Shown here piece after piece: positions 46,154-55,880 of a stretch of DNA of 64,000 nucleotides (its first letter is position 1; each line of letters starts with the position of its first letter). Source of the DNA: a virus (Duplodnaviria > Heunggongvirae > Uroviricota > Caudoviricetes); the IMG/VR virus record IMGVR_UViG_3300026484_000284, positions 1 to 64,000 of that record; one strand, 5' to 3'. Under the pieces are notes generated by a model. That model ran no database searches. It was not told the origin of the DNA and saw only the letters and a program-made list of their open reading frames with translations. Both the position numbers and the translations under genes were made by a program.

Positions 46154-46996
46154 TTATAATTGAATTAACTTTTCCATTTCTGTTCTTACTCTTTCGGCAT
46201 TTCCATTTTTCATCATAAAATCGAAATTTCTTCTTACTGCCTCAAGTGTTCCTTTAATGGGTATAAATCCTTTTTTGATGAATTTATAAACTCGCATAAT
46301 TCTTAAACTATCTTCAAAAATTCTGTCTTCGGGTCTACCAATAAATGAAAATTTATTTTCCAAGCAATGTTTAATCCCTTTTTGAGATGGGTCAAGTAAT
46401 TCAAATGTTTTTAAATTAAAGTATAGGGTATTTATAGTGAAATCTCTTCTTTGCCAATCGTCTTCAAGTGTTCCGAATTCAACTTCATCTGCACCCAAAC
46501 CCTTTTTCCCGTGGTAAATATCTTTTCTAAAAGTTGCTATTTCAAATGTTTCTTTTGCTTTAACCATAACCACACCAAAATGCTCACCGATTAAATCCGT
46601 TTCAACTTCGTCTTTTAAAATTTCTACAACTTGATTTGGAGTCAAGTCAGTAACTAAATCGATGTCTTTAATTGGTAATTCTGCTAAAACATCACGATTA
46701 AACCCACCTACAATAAACACATTTCCATTTTCTAGAAGTTTTTTAACCCATTTATTTTCTTCAATAAAATCTTGTGCTAAAAGTGTCATCAAGTTTAATC
46801 TCACTAAAAACAATTTTATATTGAAACTTATATTAAAACTTATATTAAAATTATTATGAGACTCAACTAATTTTAGTGGGTCTTTATCAAGTGTTTTTAA
46901 AAATTCATGCGAAAATAATTTTTCATTGTCGTTTGTAAATGGTACTCCATTTCTAAATTTTTCTTGTCTTAATTCATTCAAAAAAAAGTTTTTCAT
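46154..46996 (-). CDS. class II nucleotidyltransferase, CCA-adding/poly(A)-polymerase head domain (tRNA 3'-end repair candidate)
   Basis: VFIVGGFNRDVLAELPIKDIDLVTD matches GGxVRDxLLGxxxxDxDxxT. 280 aa, lacking the HD tail. Contains a 3x12-bp in-frame repeat (NFNISFNISFNI). Confidence 0.55.
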   Translation of the reverse strand: MKNFFLNELRQEKFRNGVPFTNDNEKLFSHEFLKTLDKDPLKLVESHNNFNISFNISFNIKLFLVRLNLMTLLAQDFIEENKWVKKLLENGNVFIVGGFNRDVLAELPIKDIDLVTDLTPNQVVEILKDEVETDLIGEHFGVVMVKAKETFEIATFRKDIYHGKKGLGADEVEFGTLEDDWQRRDFTINTLYFNLKTFELLDPSQKGIKHCLENKFSFIGRPEDRIFEDSLRIMRVYKFIKKGFIPIKGTLEAVRRNFDFMMKNGNAERVRTEMEKLIQL

Positions 46997-47006
46997 CTTT
47001 ATTCCT

Positions 47007-47246
47007 TCAATAGTTTAACAATAAGTCTATACTATCTTGACTTAAAAGTGTTTCTGGGTCTTTCGAAGTTTTTTTGACGAAACCATAAGTTTCACCCATA
47101 CCATAATCGCAAATTTTATAGTCATTATCGAAATAAACACCGACTTTCTCATAAATGTTTTTTTCGGTCAAGTATTCAAGTGCATCTAACTCTGATTGAG
47201 TTAGATTGTCTGATATATAAAGTTTTTCTGTGAATTTTTTACTCAT
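47007..47246 (-). CDS. hypothetical protein (80 aa; start trimmed to MSKKFTEK relative to the ORF-track call)
   Basis: The ORF-track start MVTKKQ... overlaps, in another frame, a conserved 48-aa ORF. The internal ATG follows that ORF's stop. Confidence 0.3.
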   Translation of the reverse strand: MSKKFTEKLYISDNLTQSELDALEYLTEKNIYEKVGVYFDNDYKICDYGMGETYGFVKKTSKDPETLLSQDSIDLLLNY

Positions 47247-47250
47247 AATA

Positions 47251-47397
47251 TCAACCTTTGATTGTCCATAACTTACAATCTGGACAATGTGTTTCAATGA
47301 ATTCAACTGCTTCTTTGTAACCACCTTTTACTTTTACATAACTTACTTTGTTACTACCGATGATTTCAAGTGTCAATGTTTTGTTTGTATTTTTCAT
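47251..47397 (-). CDS. conserved 48-aa peptide with HCPDC motif (copy 1 of duplicated module)
   Basis: MKNTNKTLTLEIIGSNKVSYVKVKGGYKEAVEFIETHCPDCKLWTIKG. A 49-aa copy (differing at several residues) sits at 61130..61279 with the same CACATG start context. Confidence 0.35.
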   Translation of the reverse strand: MKNTNKTLTLEIIGSNKVSYVKVKGGYKEAVEFIETHCPDCKLWTIKG

Positions 47398-47441
47398 GTG
47401 ATACCTTTTTGTTTAATTTATTGTAACTTTTAACTTGTTAC

Positions 47442-47478
47442 ATTATAATTATAACAAAAAAATTTTTAATTGTCAAGT
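47442..47478 (-). promoter_or_regulatory. consensus promoter (TTGACA-N17-TATAAT), copy 1 of duplicated module
   Basis: Plus strand reads ATTATAATTATAACAAAAAAATTTTTAATTGTCAAGT. Confidence 0.5.
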
Positions 47479-47520
47479 GTTTTTTGAAAAAATTTCATAA
47501 AATTTTAAAAGTTTTTATAA

Positions 47521-47760
47521 AAAACCATAAACACCACCAAACCATCATTTATAACTATAATTGAAATTATAACCATAAACACCGTTAAACCGTCATTAAA
47601 ACCATATTTGAAACTATATTAACCATAATTTGAAAACCATAACTTAAAACATCATAAATTATATTTGAAACTATAACTGAAATCATAGTTAAAATTACAA
47701 CCATAGTTAAAACTATGATTATAATTGAAACCACGACTAAAAACATAATTGAAAAAATTT
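47521..47760. repeat. low-complexity iteron-like array (AACCATAAACACC, GAAACTATA, ATAGTTAAAA words)
   Basis: Noncoding 240 bp, CA-rich on plus strand. Immediately upstream of the consensus promoter. Confidence 0.4.
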
Positions 47761-47763
47761 CAA

Positions 47764-48156
47764 TTATACTGTACCTTCTTCACTTTCCCCACTTTCTTTA
47801 TCTTGTTTAACCGACATAACTTTTAAAATTTTTTTCGGTTCAAAAGACTCAATCGGTTCAAAAGCAAAACCTAATAAATCACTCATAAGTTTTTTATTCG
47901 CTTCTTTGCTTTCAAATGGAGTGTGTTCATTATGTTTATATAATGGAATTTCAATTTCATTTAACCCAGTAATTCTTGTAAATAAAACTAAATTGTGTCC
48001 ATTAACACTCTCAACAATTTTAGTACCAACTAATTCGTCTTGTTTGATATTATAACCAAATCCTAATTGTTCTCCATTAGCATCCGTATAATTTATTTTT
48101 ATAACATCGTCTAAAAATTTTAATTGGCAATCTTGAAATCTAAAAACTTTTTCCAT
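47764..48156 (-). CDS. hypothetical protein (130 aa), paralogue of the next ORF
   Basis: Shares the MxxVFRF start and overall pattern with 48192..48506. Confidence 0.3.
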   Translation of the reverse strand: MEKVFRFQDCQLKFLDDVIKINYTDANGEQLGFGYNIKQDELVGTKIVESVNGHNLVLFTRITGLNEIEIPLYKHNEHTPFESKEANKKLMSDLLGFAFEPIESFEPKKILKVMSVKQDKESGESEEGTV

Positions 48157-48191
48157 TTTAATCCTTTATATAGTTTTCACTTTTATTTAAT

Positions 48192-48506
48192 TTAGAATTT
48201 TTCAACTTTATTAAAAAAATAATTTGAAAATTCTTTTCTCACTTTTATATTTTTTTCCATAACTTCTTCGGGTGTGGCATCATCCCACTTGAATAATGTA
48301 AAACGAATAAAACTTCCACTTGATTTAGTAAAAATTCTTAATTCAACTTCATTATCATAATCATATAATTCTAACCCAATAATATCGTTTATATCTAAAC
48401 AATACATCTTTTCTTTTAAATTTCCTTCATCGTCTGTTAAATCTATTCGCCACTTATCTTTCCCTATCTTTATTTGGACCCAACTAAATCTAAATACTGC
48501 TTTCAT
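48192..48506 (-). CDS. hypothetical protein (104 aa)
   Basis: See previous entry. Confidence 0.3.
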   Translation of the reverse strand: MKAVFRFSWVQIKIGKDKWRIDLTDDEGNLKEKMYCLDINDIIGLELYDYDNEVELRIFTKSSGSFIRFTLFKWDDATPEEVMEKNIKVRKEFSNYFFNKVEKF

Positions 48507-49216
48507 TCATTCTCCTTTTTTGTTTTTTCATTTTTTAAATGTCTATGATAGTGTAACATATATAAAAAATCTTTTTCTTCGTATAGATGAACTATGTTTA
48601 ATTGATAAACAACTAATATAACATTTAAAATAATTATCAATGCCATACTAAATGAAGCACCTAATAAATAAGTTATTAAGGCACTTAAAAATAACCCTAT
48701 TAAAGATATATCCAACCACAAATTATTTCTAAAATTATTTGCTCGTGTATAGTCGTCAGATTCAAAATAATGTATATAATTGCTATTGGCAGTCATAAAT
48801 GCCAAATAAATAAGTCCTTCAGGTATCATAATAATTGAATCCCACCAAATGAAATAAGTAGGTGAAATAAAATATAAAAGTCCCCCTACTATCCATAATG
48901 AATTTATAAGAATTATCATTTTAAAAATAAACGAATAACTTGTTTTTCTTAAAAACCATTCATATGACTTCTCAGCAAAAATGATAACTATCCCAATTAT
49001 TGCGATAATGGTCTCAGCACGAATACTTCCAAGTGTTAAAAACCCTTTCAATGAAGCAATAATAGGTCCGTAAAGTTGTAAAAAAACTACAAAAATTGCT
49101 AACCCAATAAATCTTGATTGGGTAATTTCTGAAAAAGTTGATAATTTTTCTTTTTGATTTTCTACATATTTATAAACTTTATTATTTTTTAAAATCTTTT
49201 CAAATATATTTTTCAT
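48503..49216 (-). CDS. polytopic membrane protein (237 aa)
   Basis: About 6 hydrophobic helices. Confidence 0.4.
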   Translation of the reverse strand: MKNIFEKILKNNKVYKYVENQKEKLSTFSEITQSRFIGLAIFVVFLQLYGPIIASLKGFLTLGSIRAETIIAIIGIVIIFAEKSYEWFLRKTSYSFIFKMIILINSLWIVGGLLYFISPTYFIWWDSIIMIPEGLIYLAFMTANSNYIHYFESDDYTRANNFRNNLWLDISLIGLFLSALITYLLGASFSMALIIILNVILVVYQLNIVHLYEEKDFLYMLHYHRHLKNEKTKKENE

Positions 49217-49219
49217 TTT

Positions 49220-49681
49220 TTATCCTATAACTTTGCATTCAACTTGATAAAATCGTCTAAAATATCTTATTCTGTCTAATTCAGTAATTAAATTTTTTAT
49301 TTCTGTTACATAAGAATTTCCAGAAATACAATCAATTTCAATCTGTTCTTTATATCTAATAGGATTAGGTGAATGAGATTCATCTTCAAAAGAAACGATT
49401 AACCATTCATTTCCACCAAATTTAACATAAAAATCATTTTTTGAATACTTACATTTTAAACTTCCGTCGATAATTTCAATAATTACATCACCTTCGTCGT
49501 GCCCATATTTGTCATTAAAATTTCTAAAATTTTTAATGTTTAAAAGTGTTACTCTTACTCTTTCGAAAGAAGTAACTTTTTTCGTGATAAGGTCAAGTTC
49601 TCTATCATTATCCATTTCTTTTTCATCATTTGTAAATTCATTTATTTTATCCATAAACTCTTTTTTATCAACTTTTAACAT
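49220..49681 (-). CDS. hypothetical protein (153 aa)
   Basis: Tiling ORF. Confidence 0.3.
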   Translation of the reverse strand: MLKVDKKEFMDKINEFTNDEKEMDNDRELDLITKKVTSFERVRVTLLNIKNFRNFNDKYGHDEGDVIIEIIDGSLKCKYSKNDFYVKFGGNEWLIVSFEDESHSPNPIRYKEQIEIDCISGNSYVTEIKNLITELDRIRYFRRFYQVECKVIG

Positions 49682-50703
49682 CTTGACTCCTTATTAATAT
49701 ATTTTCTCGTTTTTATAAAATGATATCCATCCGATATAATCGCTTTCATTTTAACTACAACTGCCATATCCATATTTTCAAAATTGTTTTTAATAAAATT
49801 TTCAACTTCAATAGGCATATCTACAACTAAAAAAACTATTTTTGAAAATGGTACATATTTTAATTCTACAATATCAACATTCTGTAAAACAAATAATGCT
49901 TTTATAATAGTGATAAAATAATCTTTAATTCCATCGAGATAATCATCATTTAAACTTTCTTTTAATTTATTTAACTCTTCCATTTCAAATTCTTCAATAA
50001 CATTCCAGATAAAAAAACATTTTTCTTTCAATGATTTCATATCATACACTAAAAAATTATAAACAATTTTTTCTCCTTTATAAGTATATTTTAAATGACT
50101 TATAGTATAATACTCAGGTGTTTTTTCAAGTATTATACCTGTTTTTGTAAATAATGGATAAAAAGTTTTTGAAGCAAAAAATGCCAAATTATTCTTATAA
50201 AAAATGTTTATATTACTTTTAAGTGTTTTTTTAGTGTGTTTTATGCTGAATTCATTTGTTCCAGAATAATTTACCAGCAGTTGTAAATCTTTAAATTGTT
50301 TATAATAATTTTGTAGTGATTCAATTATTTTCATTTCTTCAAGTAAAACCAAATCCATTTGAGTTGGCATATAAGTTGCCTTTAAATGAAGCATTAAATC
50401 TCCTGCCATATCATATAAAATTATTTTTGAGGTTGATGAATTAGTTATTCGGACATTGGTAATTGATTGATATTTTAAATGCCCATTGACAACATCTTTA
50501 TCTTTGGGTGTTTCAAATAATAAATAACACATATCATACCATTCATCAAATGTTATAGGGATAACACCATTCGTAAAAGCATAATCCAAAAAAAGTGTTA
50601 CTCTTTTTAAAGTGTCTTTATCCTTTTTTGTCTTCTTAAACATTTTTTCAAATATGTTTTTAGTTTTTATTTTCAAGTCATATAATAAATTAAAAAGTTT
50701 CAT
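49675..50703 (-). CDS. hypothetical protein (342 aa)
   Basis: Tiling ORF. Confidence 0.35.
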   Translation of the reverse strand: MKLFNLLYDLKIKTKNIFEKMFKKTKKDKDTLKRVTLFLDYAFTNGVIPITFDEWYDMCYLLFETPKDKDVVNGHLKYQSITNVRITNSSTSKIILYDMAGDLMLHLKATYMPTQMDLVLLEEMKIIESLQNYYKQFKDLQLLVNYSGTNEFSIKHTKKTLKSNINIFYKNNLAFFASKTFYPLFTKTGIILEKTPEYYTISHLKYTYKGEKIVYNFLVYDMKSLKEKCFFIWNVIEEFEMEELNKLKESLNDDYLDGIKDYFITIIKALFVLQNVDIVELKYVPFSKIVFLVVDMPIEVENFIKNNFENMDMAVVVKMKAIISDGYHFIKTRKYINKESRC

Positions 50704-50713
50704 TTTCTATCCC

Positions 50714-51328
50714 TTATACTAATTCTTTATTTCGAATACATCTATAAAACTCATTATCAATAAAGTTTTTTAATTCAAAAACTTCATTCGTTTTAGTGTT
50801 TTTTATTTTTCCATTTTCAACCCTATAAATGACATTATTTATAATACAAGCATCACTATCAAAAATTATATTTCCATTTTTATCTTTAAAACTTGTAGGA
50901 ATTAAAATTTTATTGATTTTATCTCCTGTTAGCATTTCTTTTGGACAATCTTCACAATAATATGCTGTTTCAACCTCTTCCATACTAAAAAGTAATTTGT
51001 TTTTAATATCTATAACCCCATCATAAACAAAAAATCCTCTTTTATGATATTCCCCGAAGTTAAAAATAACAAATTCCCCAAAATTTAATTTTTCAACATT
51101 GAAATCTTTAATTAAAATATAATTCCCATCAAAAATTGATGAAGGTTTAAAATCCCAAACATCAAATTTTTCAAAAATACTATTTTTAGTTAAAACACTT
51201 GTTTTAATTTTATCTAAATCTAATAAACTTGATTTTAAATCGTTGTTATAAAAATGGTATTTACCTAAATAAGTGTCATTCACTTCGTAAAATGATAATG
51301 TTTTTCCTCTATAATTAATATATTTCAT
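50714..51328 (-). CDS. hypothetical protein (204 aa)
   Basis: First ORF after the promoter at 51356..51392. Confidence 0.35.
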   Translation of the reverse strand: MKYINYRGKTLSFYEVNDTYLGKYHFYNNDLKSSLLDLDKIKTSVLTKNSIFEKFDVWDFKPSSIFDGNYILIKDFNVEKLNFGEFVIFNFGEYHKRGFFVYDGVIDIKNKLLFSMEEVETAYYCEDCPKEMLTGDKINKILIPTSFKDKNGNIIFDSDACIINNVIYRVENGKIKNTKTNEVFELKNFIDNEFYRCIRNKELV

Positions 51329-51355
51329 GCGATACCTTTTTGTTTATTTCTTACA

Positions 51356-51392
51356 ATATAATTATAACAAAAAAGAACGAAAAAGTCAAGTG
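51356..51392 (-). promoter_or_regulatory. consensus sigma70-type promoter
   Basis: Plus strand reads ATATAATTATAACAAAAAAGAACGAAAAAGTCAAGT. Confidence 0.5.
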
Positions 51393-51400
51393 ATTTGACT

Positions 51401-52102
51401 TTATTTTTCATCATAAATCGAAGTATCGATAACATCTTCAACTTTTATTTCTTCACCTGTATGATAGAATTCCCATTCAACTCTTTCATTTTCAAGTAAT
51501 TCAAAATAAATAGCATTAAAATCATCTTTACAGCAATGGATATTGTTATGCGACAAACCACTACTAAAATCGTGATAAACTTTTATGTTACCATATTGAA
51601 TATGATTTTTGATAACTTCAAATATATTATAACTTGCTTTTGTGTCCCCACTAATTAAAATATCATCGTGATATAAATATAACCCATAACAATTAAAAGG
51701 CCCGTGATTTACTTCTATTTCTTTCATTGGTAATGGTAAATGCACTTCTTTAATTGTTTTAAACTCGACCATTTGAATAGGTTTATTCTCCCCATTCACA
51801 TACATTGAATTAAATTTATTTTTAAAAATTCTTTCCAATTCCTCAATAACTTTACTTCCAGATAAAATAGTCGTTTTAAGTTCCCTTACAAAATATCTAA
51901 AATAGATAAGTCTTTCAAGGTCTGAAATATGGTCTAAATGTGTATGACTAATAAAAATATAATCAATGTCTTCATCTTTAACTTTACTAAATATGCCGTG
52001 CCCACAATCAAATAATATAGTTTTTTCACCTTCAATTAAAAAAGCACTTGAAACTTCACTAAAAGCGCCACCATTTCCTAATTTTGTTACAATCGTTTTC
52101 AT
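51401..52102 (-). CDS. metallo-beta-lactamase-fold hydrolase
   Basis: FISHTHLDHI (HxHxDH). Downstream His/Asp ligands. Confidence 0.55.
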   Translation of the reverse strand: MKTIVTKLGNGGAFSEVSSAFLIEGEKTILFDCGHGIFSKVKDEDIDYIFISHTHLDHISDLERLIYFRYFVRELKTTILSGSKVIEELERIFKNKFNSMYVNGENKPIQMVEFKTIKEVHLPLPMKEIEVNHGPFNCYGLYLYHDDILISGDTKASYNIFEVIKNHIQYGNIKVYHDFSSGLSHNNIHCCKDDFNAIYFELLENERVEWEFYHTGEEIKVEDVIDTSIYDEK

Positions 52103-52116
52103 CCATTCTCCTCTTT

Positions 52117-52416
52117 TTAAAATTCCATAACTTTTATAATATATTCATATTTTGCTTCTATTAAATCTTCACAAAAAAGTTTAACTATAATTTTATCATT
52201 TAAAGTGATAGCATAAGTACCACTCTTTAATATACTTAATTTATATGGGTTCTTACCTTTAATAAAAGTATAAATTTCACTAATTAAACTTTTATTATAA
52301 GTATAATTATGAGTGTGATTCTGTGAGTGGTTTTGTGAGTGATTCCTTCTAGGTTTTCCGTTGTCTTCGTAAATTTTACCACCAAACATTTGTTCTAACA
52401 TATCTTCTATTTCCAT
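52117..52416 (-). CDS. hypothetical protein (99 aa) with tandem NHSQNHSQNHTHNYTYN tract
   Basis: Tiling ORF. The DNA has GTGAGTGGTTTTGTGAGTGATTC-like repeats. Confidence 0.3.
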   Translation of the reverse strand: MEIEDMLEQMFGGKIYEDNGKPRRNHSQNHSQNHTHNYTYNKSLISEIYTFIKGKNPYKLSILKSGTYAITLNDKIIVKLFCEDLIEAKYEYIIKVMEF

Positions 52417-52458
52417 TTTTTATCCTTATAGTTTTCACTTACATTTAATTTTCAACAT

Positions 52459-53019
52459 TTAATCTTCATTTTGATATTTTCCATTCCATTTTGGGATATC
52501 ACTAATTTTTATTTTTTTATATTTTTTATTCTTTTTCATTCCTAATAATGCTTTTTTTCTTGCTGAAAAATCATCTTTTCTTCCTTGTTCGTCAAGTTTT
52601 GCTAAACTTTGTGAAAATGTTATATAAAAATATGGGTCGAATCCATATCCCTTGATTTCTCCATTTACTTTATATGGATTCCCTATTGTTCCTTCAATTA
52701 TTCCTCTGTATAAAGTGATGAATTCTCCGTCATTATGAGCAAGTGTAACAATCCATCTTGCTTTTTTTCCTATATATTTAGGCAAATCGTTAATTAACCA
52801 TTTGATTTCTACTAATTCTTCAAATTTTTTGTCTTTTTTTATTTCAAGTATTGTGTCTTCAACTACAAATCCCTTACCTGCTTCAAGTGATTTGTAAGTT
52901 GCCACTTCTTCACTTGAACCTTTTACTTCTTTTAAATCTCTTCCTTTAACAATTTTTATTTCAGGAAAAATTCTTTTTATTTCTTTTATTTTATGTTCGT
53001 TTGAAGTTGTAAAAATCAT
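52459..53019 (-). CDS. Ham1/RdgB-family non-canonical (d)NTP pyrophosphatase (ITPase)
   Basis: IFTTSNEHKIKE (compare ATGNxGKxxE). KGYGFDPYF (compare GFGYDPIF). FSARKKAL (compare SHRxxAL). Confidence 0.6.
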   Translation of the reverse strand: MIFTTSNEHKIKEIKRIFPEIKIVKGRDLKEVKGSSEEVATYKSLEAGKGFVVEDTILEIKKDKKFEELVEIKWLINDLPKYIGKKARWIVTLAHNDGEFITLYRGIIEGTIGNPYKVNGEIKGYGFDPYFYITFSQSLAKLDEQGRKDDFSARKKALLGMKKNKKYKKIKISDIPKWNGKYQNED

Positions 53020-53045
53020 TTTGTCTCCTTTGTGTTTATGTTTTA

Positions 53046-53082
53046 TATTATAATTATAACGAAAAAGAAATAAAAAGTCAAG
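53046..53082 (-). promoter_or_regulatory. consensus sigma70-type promoter
   Basis: Plus strand reads TATTATAATTATAACGAAAAAGAAATAAAAAGTCAAGT. Confidence 0.5.
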
Positions 53083-53105
53083 TAAAGTTTTATAAACATT
53101 TTTTA

Positions 53106-54065
53106 TTAAAATAAAGTTTTATTTTTCTTTTTTAAAATTGTATAATTATAATTTTTATGAGCATAAATTTTTTCTTGAACCATTTTTCTTCTTATATTAT
53201 TTTTACTCTTTTGATAAATTATTTCATAATCTTTATGCTCGAGATTGTATTCTGAGATAACACATTTATTTTTTGTGATAAATTCTTCAAAAAGACTAAA
53301 ATCAAACTCGGAATCATAACCACTTGTATTTTGATAAGGAGGGTCTAAATAAACGATTGAGTTGCTTTCAAAATTTTCAAAGTCAAGATAACTTTTATTA
53401 TGAAATTCTATCTTTTCATTTTTGATGAATGGTAAAGTCTTTGCCAATAAAATTATGTTATTTATATGAGCAACTAAATTTCTACCTGACGGCACATAAG
53501 GTTTCATTAGATTATTAAGTTTTAATTTTTTTACTTGAACTTCACCTATGTTTTTGGGTATTCCCATTTCTAGAATTTCTTCAATTTTTATATCTTTATT
53601 GTATAATTTTTTAAAACTTTTTTTAAATTCTTTTAAATGATTTTCATCATTATTGATGATGATATAGTGTAGATTTCTTTTGAGATTTTCAACTTCACGA
53701 CTATAAATATATCCACCACCCTCATTTCCAAAAGTGTAACATCTTTCAAAAAATACTATACCAACATTATCTTTAGGTTTTTCATTTCTACCATAAAAAG
53801 GTTTTACAAATTTAGTGAAGAATTCTTCTTCACTTATATTCTTTAAAAACATCACAAAATCAAATAAATTTTTATTCAACTCATTATAAATAACTTTTTT
53901 GATAATTGGATTTTGGGCAAGTGAGAATGAAACACTTCCACCACCACCAAATAAATCGTAAAGTATTATATCTTTTTGATGTATTTTTTCAAAAATTTCA
54001 TTCAACTCTTTAATAAGTTTTCTTTTACTTCCCTTATAAGGAATACCGACTGCTTTAATTTTCAT
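53106..54065 (-). CDS. Dam-like (D12-class) N6-adenine DNA methyltransferase, paralogue A
   Basis: N-terminal GIPYKGSKRKL...YDLFGGGGSVSF (AdoMet motif). YLDPPYQNTSGY (motif IV DPPY). About 55% identical by eye to 56978..57952. Confidence 0.65.
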   Translation of the reverse strand: MKIKAVGIPYKGSKRKLIKELNEIFEKIHQKDIILYDLFGGGGSVSFSLAQNPIIKKVIYNELNKNLFDFVMFLKNISEEEFFTKFVKPFYGRNEKPKDNVGIVFFERCYTFGNEGGGYIYSREVENLKRNLHYIIINNDENHLKEFKKSFKKLYNKDIKIEEILEMGIPKNIGEVQVKKLKLNNLMKPYVPSGRNLVAHINNIILLAKTLPFIKNEKIEFHNKSYLDFENFESNSIVYLDPPYQNTSGYDSEFDFSLFEEFITKNKCVISEYNLEHKDYEIIYQKSKNNIRRKMVQEKIYAHKNYNYTILKKKNKTLF

Positions 54066-54099
54066 TTATACCCTTATAAATTTTATTTTATAATTTAAT

Positions 54100-54798
54100 T
54101 TATTTTTTTGGTGCAAGTCTTCTAAATTCACTTGCCATCTCATTATACTTAAATACCTTTTTAAAAGTTGCGACTATATCTTCCCATTCTTTATTATTTT
54201 CGTAAATCAATTTAACCATTTTATAATCATCTTTCAAGTGATATATAAATTTATCCATTTCAAAATCATCTTTATATTTTGCTAAAGCAATTCCAAACTT
54301 CAAAATCCTAATACAATGAAATAAAGATTTATAACTTTTTCTCAACTCAATTTCAGAATGGTATTTTGGATATTCGACAATATATTTCTTTTTTGCTTTT
54401 ACAAAACTATTATTATACTTTTTTGAAAATGATTTTCTTAATTTTGATAAATCAAGTTTAAAATATGATGGATTATAATTCATCAAACCACTTGAAAAAT
54501 AAAGTGCCATTGCCATTTCATCGTGTTCCCATAAAAGACCTTCAAATGTTCTATTACTTAAAAGAATTATATCTGTTTTAAAAGTATTTCCATTATAAAC
54601 ATTCTCAAAAGTATAGTTTTCAAATACATCTTTGGAACTATCTATTATAACTACAAAATCCAAATCTGAATGTCCATCCATTGTTTTCCATAACAATGAA
54701 CCCCATTCATAACATCCAACCATTTTATTATTGATATTATATTTTTCTAAAAAATTATGGAAATTCATTTTAACACCTTTATTGATTGTTTTCAACAT
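54100..54798 (-). CDS. nucleotidyltransferase-fold protein (232 aa)
   Basis: GCYEWGSLLWKTMDGHSDLDFVVI (GS...DxD Pol-beta-type NTase motif) plus a helical C-terminal domain. Confidence 0.45.
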   Translation of the reverse strand: MLKTINKGVKMNFHNFLEKYNINNKMVGCYEWGSLLWKTMDGHSDLDFVVIIDSSKDVFENYTFENVYNGNTFKTDIILLSNRTFEGLLWEHDEMAMALYFSSGLMNYNPSYFKLDLSKLRKSFSKKYNNSFVKAKKKYIVEYPKYHSEIELRKSYKSLFHCIRILKFGIALAKYKDDFEMDKFIYHLKDDYKMVKLIYENNKEWEDIVATFKKVFKYNEMASEFRRLAPKK

Positions 54799-55803
54799 TT
54801 AAGAATTACAAAATTCTTTTTTAAGTAATTCCATAAACATTTTTTCTAATTCATTCAAGTTGGCAGTTTTAGGTAAATCTTTTACTACATCTTGAAGTTT
54901 TTCGAAATTTGCAAACTCAACTTCCATTCTCTCTTCAAGTTCTTCAAGTGTAAATTCTAAATTTCTAACTCTTTTAAGTTCTTCGGCATTTTCAAGTGGG
55001 AAGTTTAATTTTTTATTTACGATTAAATCCCTTCCTTCTTCTAAAAGTCTAAATAAGTGCATAAAAAATTTGGCATCATATCCAACTTCTTTCCATTGTG
55101 CTGCTCTATGACTTGATGAAGCAATTTTTTCTTTCATCATTTTATTTGCTTTTTTGATGAATAAGTTTCTTGGAAACGATAAGTTGCTCACAACTACACC
55201 ATCTTTTTTGAATAAGTGTTTGAAAGGAGCAAACTCATTGTAATGCTGAACTTCACCTAATGTCATATTATTATCGTGAGTTTGTAAAAACTCTTCTAAT
55301 GTTTTTTGTAATGTAATTAAATCTTTGTAATTAACTGCTTTGTTTTTACCTTTTTTTAATTGACTTTTCGCATACCCCATAAACGAATGAAACACTCTTT
55401 GATTGATAAATAACTCACTATTATTTTGAAACATTTCAAACTCAGGTGTATTATAAACAACTGCTTCTGGGTTTGTGTGTGCGAAAAGTAATTCCACGAT
55501 GTTTGGGTTGTTCTCAGCGGCAAGTTTTAAGAATTTTTTCAATTCATACACTTTACAATCCAATGCTTCTTTTGTATTTTTACCACTCGCATCTTTTACT
55601 ACTTCTGATAAATCAACCTCATCAATGTTTTTAAATCCTAAATGATATTCTGGTCTTGCTAAAAATACACCTAAATAATCTGTATCTGATTCTGGTGTGT
55701 TAGTACCATATAATTGACTTCCACTTTTTGTTAAAAATAATAGTCTTCCGTAAGGACTTAATTTTTCATTAACCATTTCTAAAATTTCATTTCTTGTTTT
55801 CAT
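54799..55803 (-). CDS. nucleotidyltransferase-fold protein (334 aa)
   Basis: FLTKSGSQLYGTNTPESDTDYLGVF (GS-x-DxD) plus a long helical C-terminus. Stop/start directly abuts 54100..54798. Confidence 0.45.
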   Translation of the reverse strand: MKTRNEILEMVNEKLSPYGRLLFLTKSGSQLYGTNTPESDTDYLGVFLARPEYHLGFKNIDEVDLSEVVKDASGKNTKEALDCKVYELKKFLKLAAENNPNIVELLFAHTNPEAVVYNTPEFEMFQNNSELFINQRVFHSFMGYAKSQLKKGKNKAVNYKDLITLQKTLEEFLQTHDNNMTLGEVQHYNEFAPFKHLFKKDGVVVSNLSFPRNLFIKKANKMMKEKIASSSHRAAQWKEVGYDAKFFMHLFRLLEEGRDLIVNKKLNFPLENAEELKRVRNLEFTLEELEERMEVEFANFEKLQDVVKDLPKTANLNELEKMFMELLKKEFCNS

Positions 55804-55830
55804 GTGATATTCCTTTTTGTTTCTTTTTAC

Positions 55831-55866
55831 ATTATAATTATAACAATTTTTTAATTAAAAGTCAAG
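55831..55866 (-). promoter_or_regulatory. consensus-type promoter
   Basis: Plus strand reads ATTATAATTATAACAATTTTTTAATTAAAAGTCAAGT. Confidence 0.45.
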
Positions 55867-55880
55867 TGTTTTTTTATTTT

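Larger units (their letters stand above)
47230..47520. repeat. dispersed ~290-bp repeat, copy 1 (promoter + leader + 48-aa ORF)
   Basis: Near-identical to 61110..61400 by direct comparison (for example TTACATTATAATTATAACAAAAAAATTTTTAATTGTCAAGTGTTTTTTGAAAAAATTT). Confidence 0.6.
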
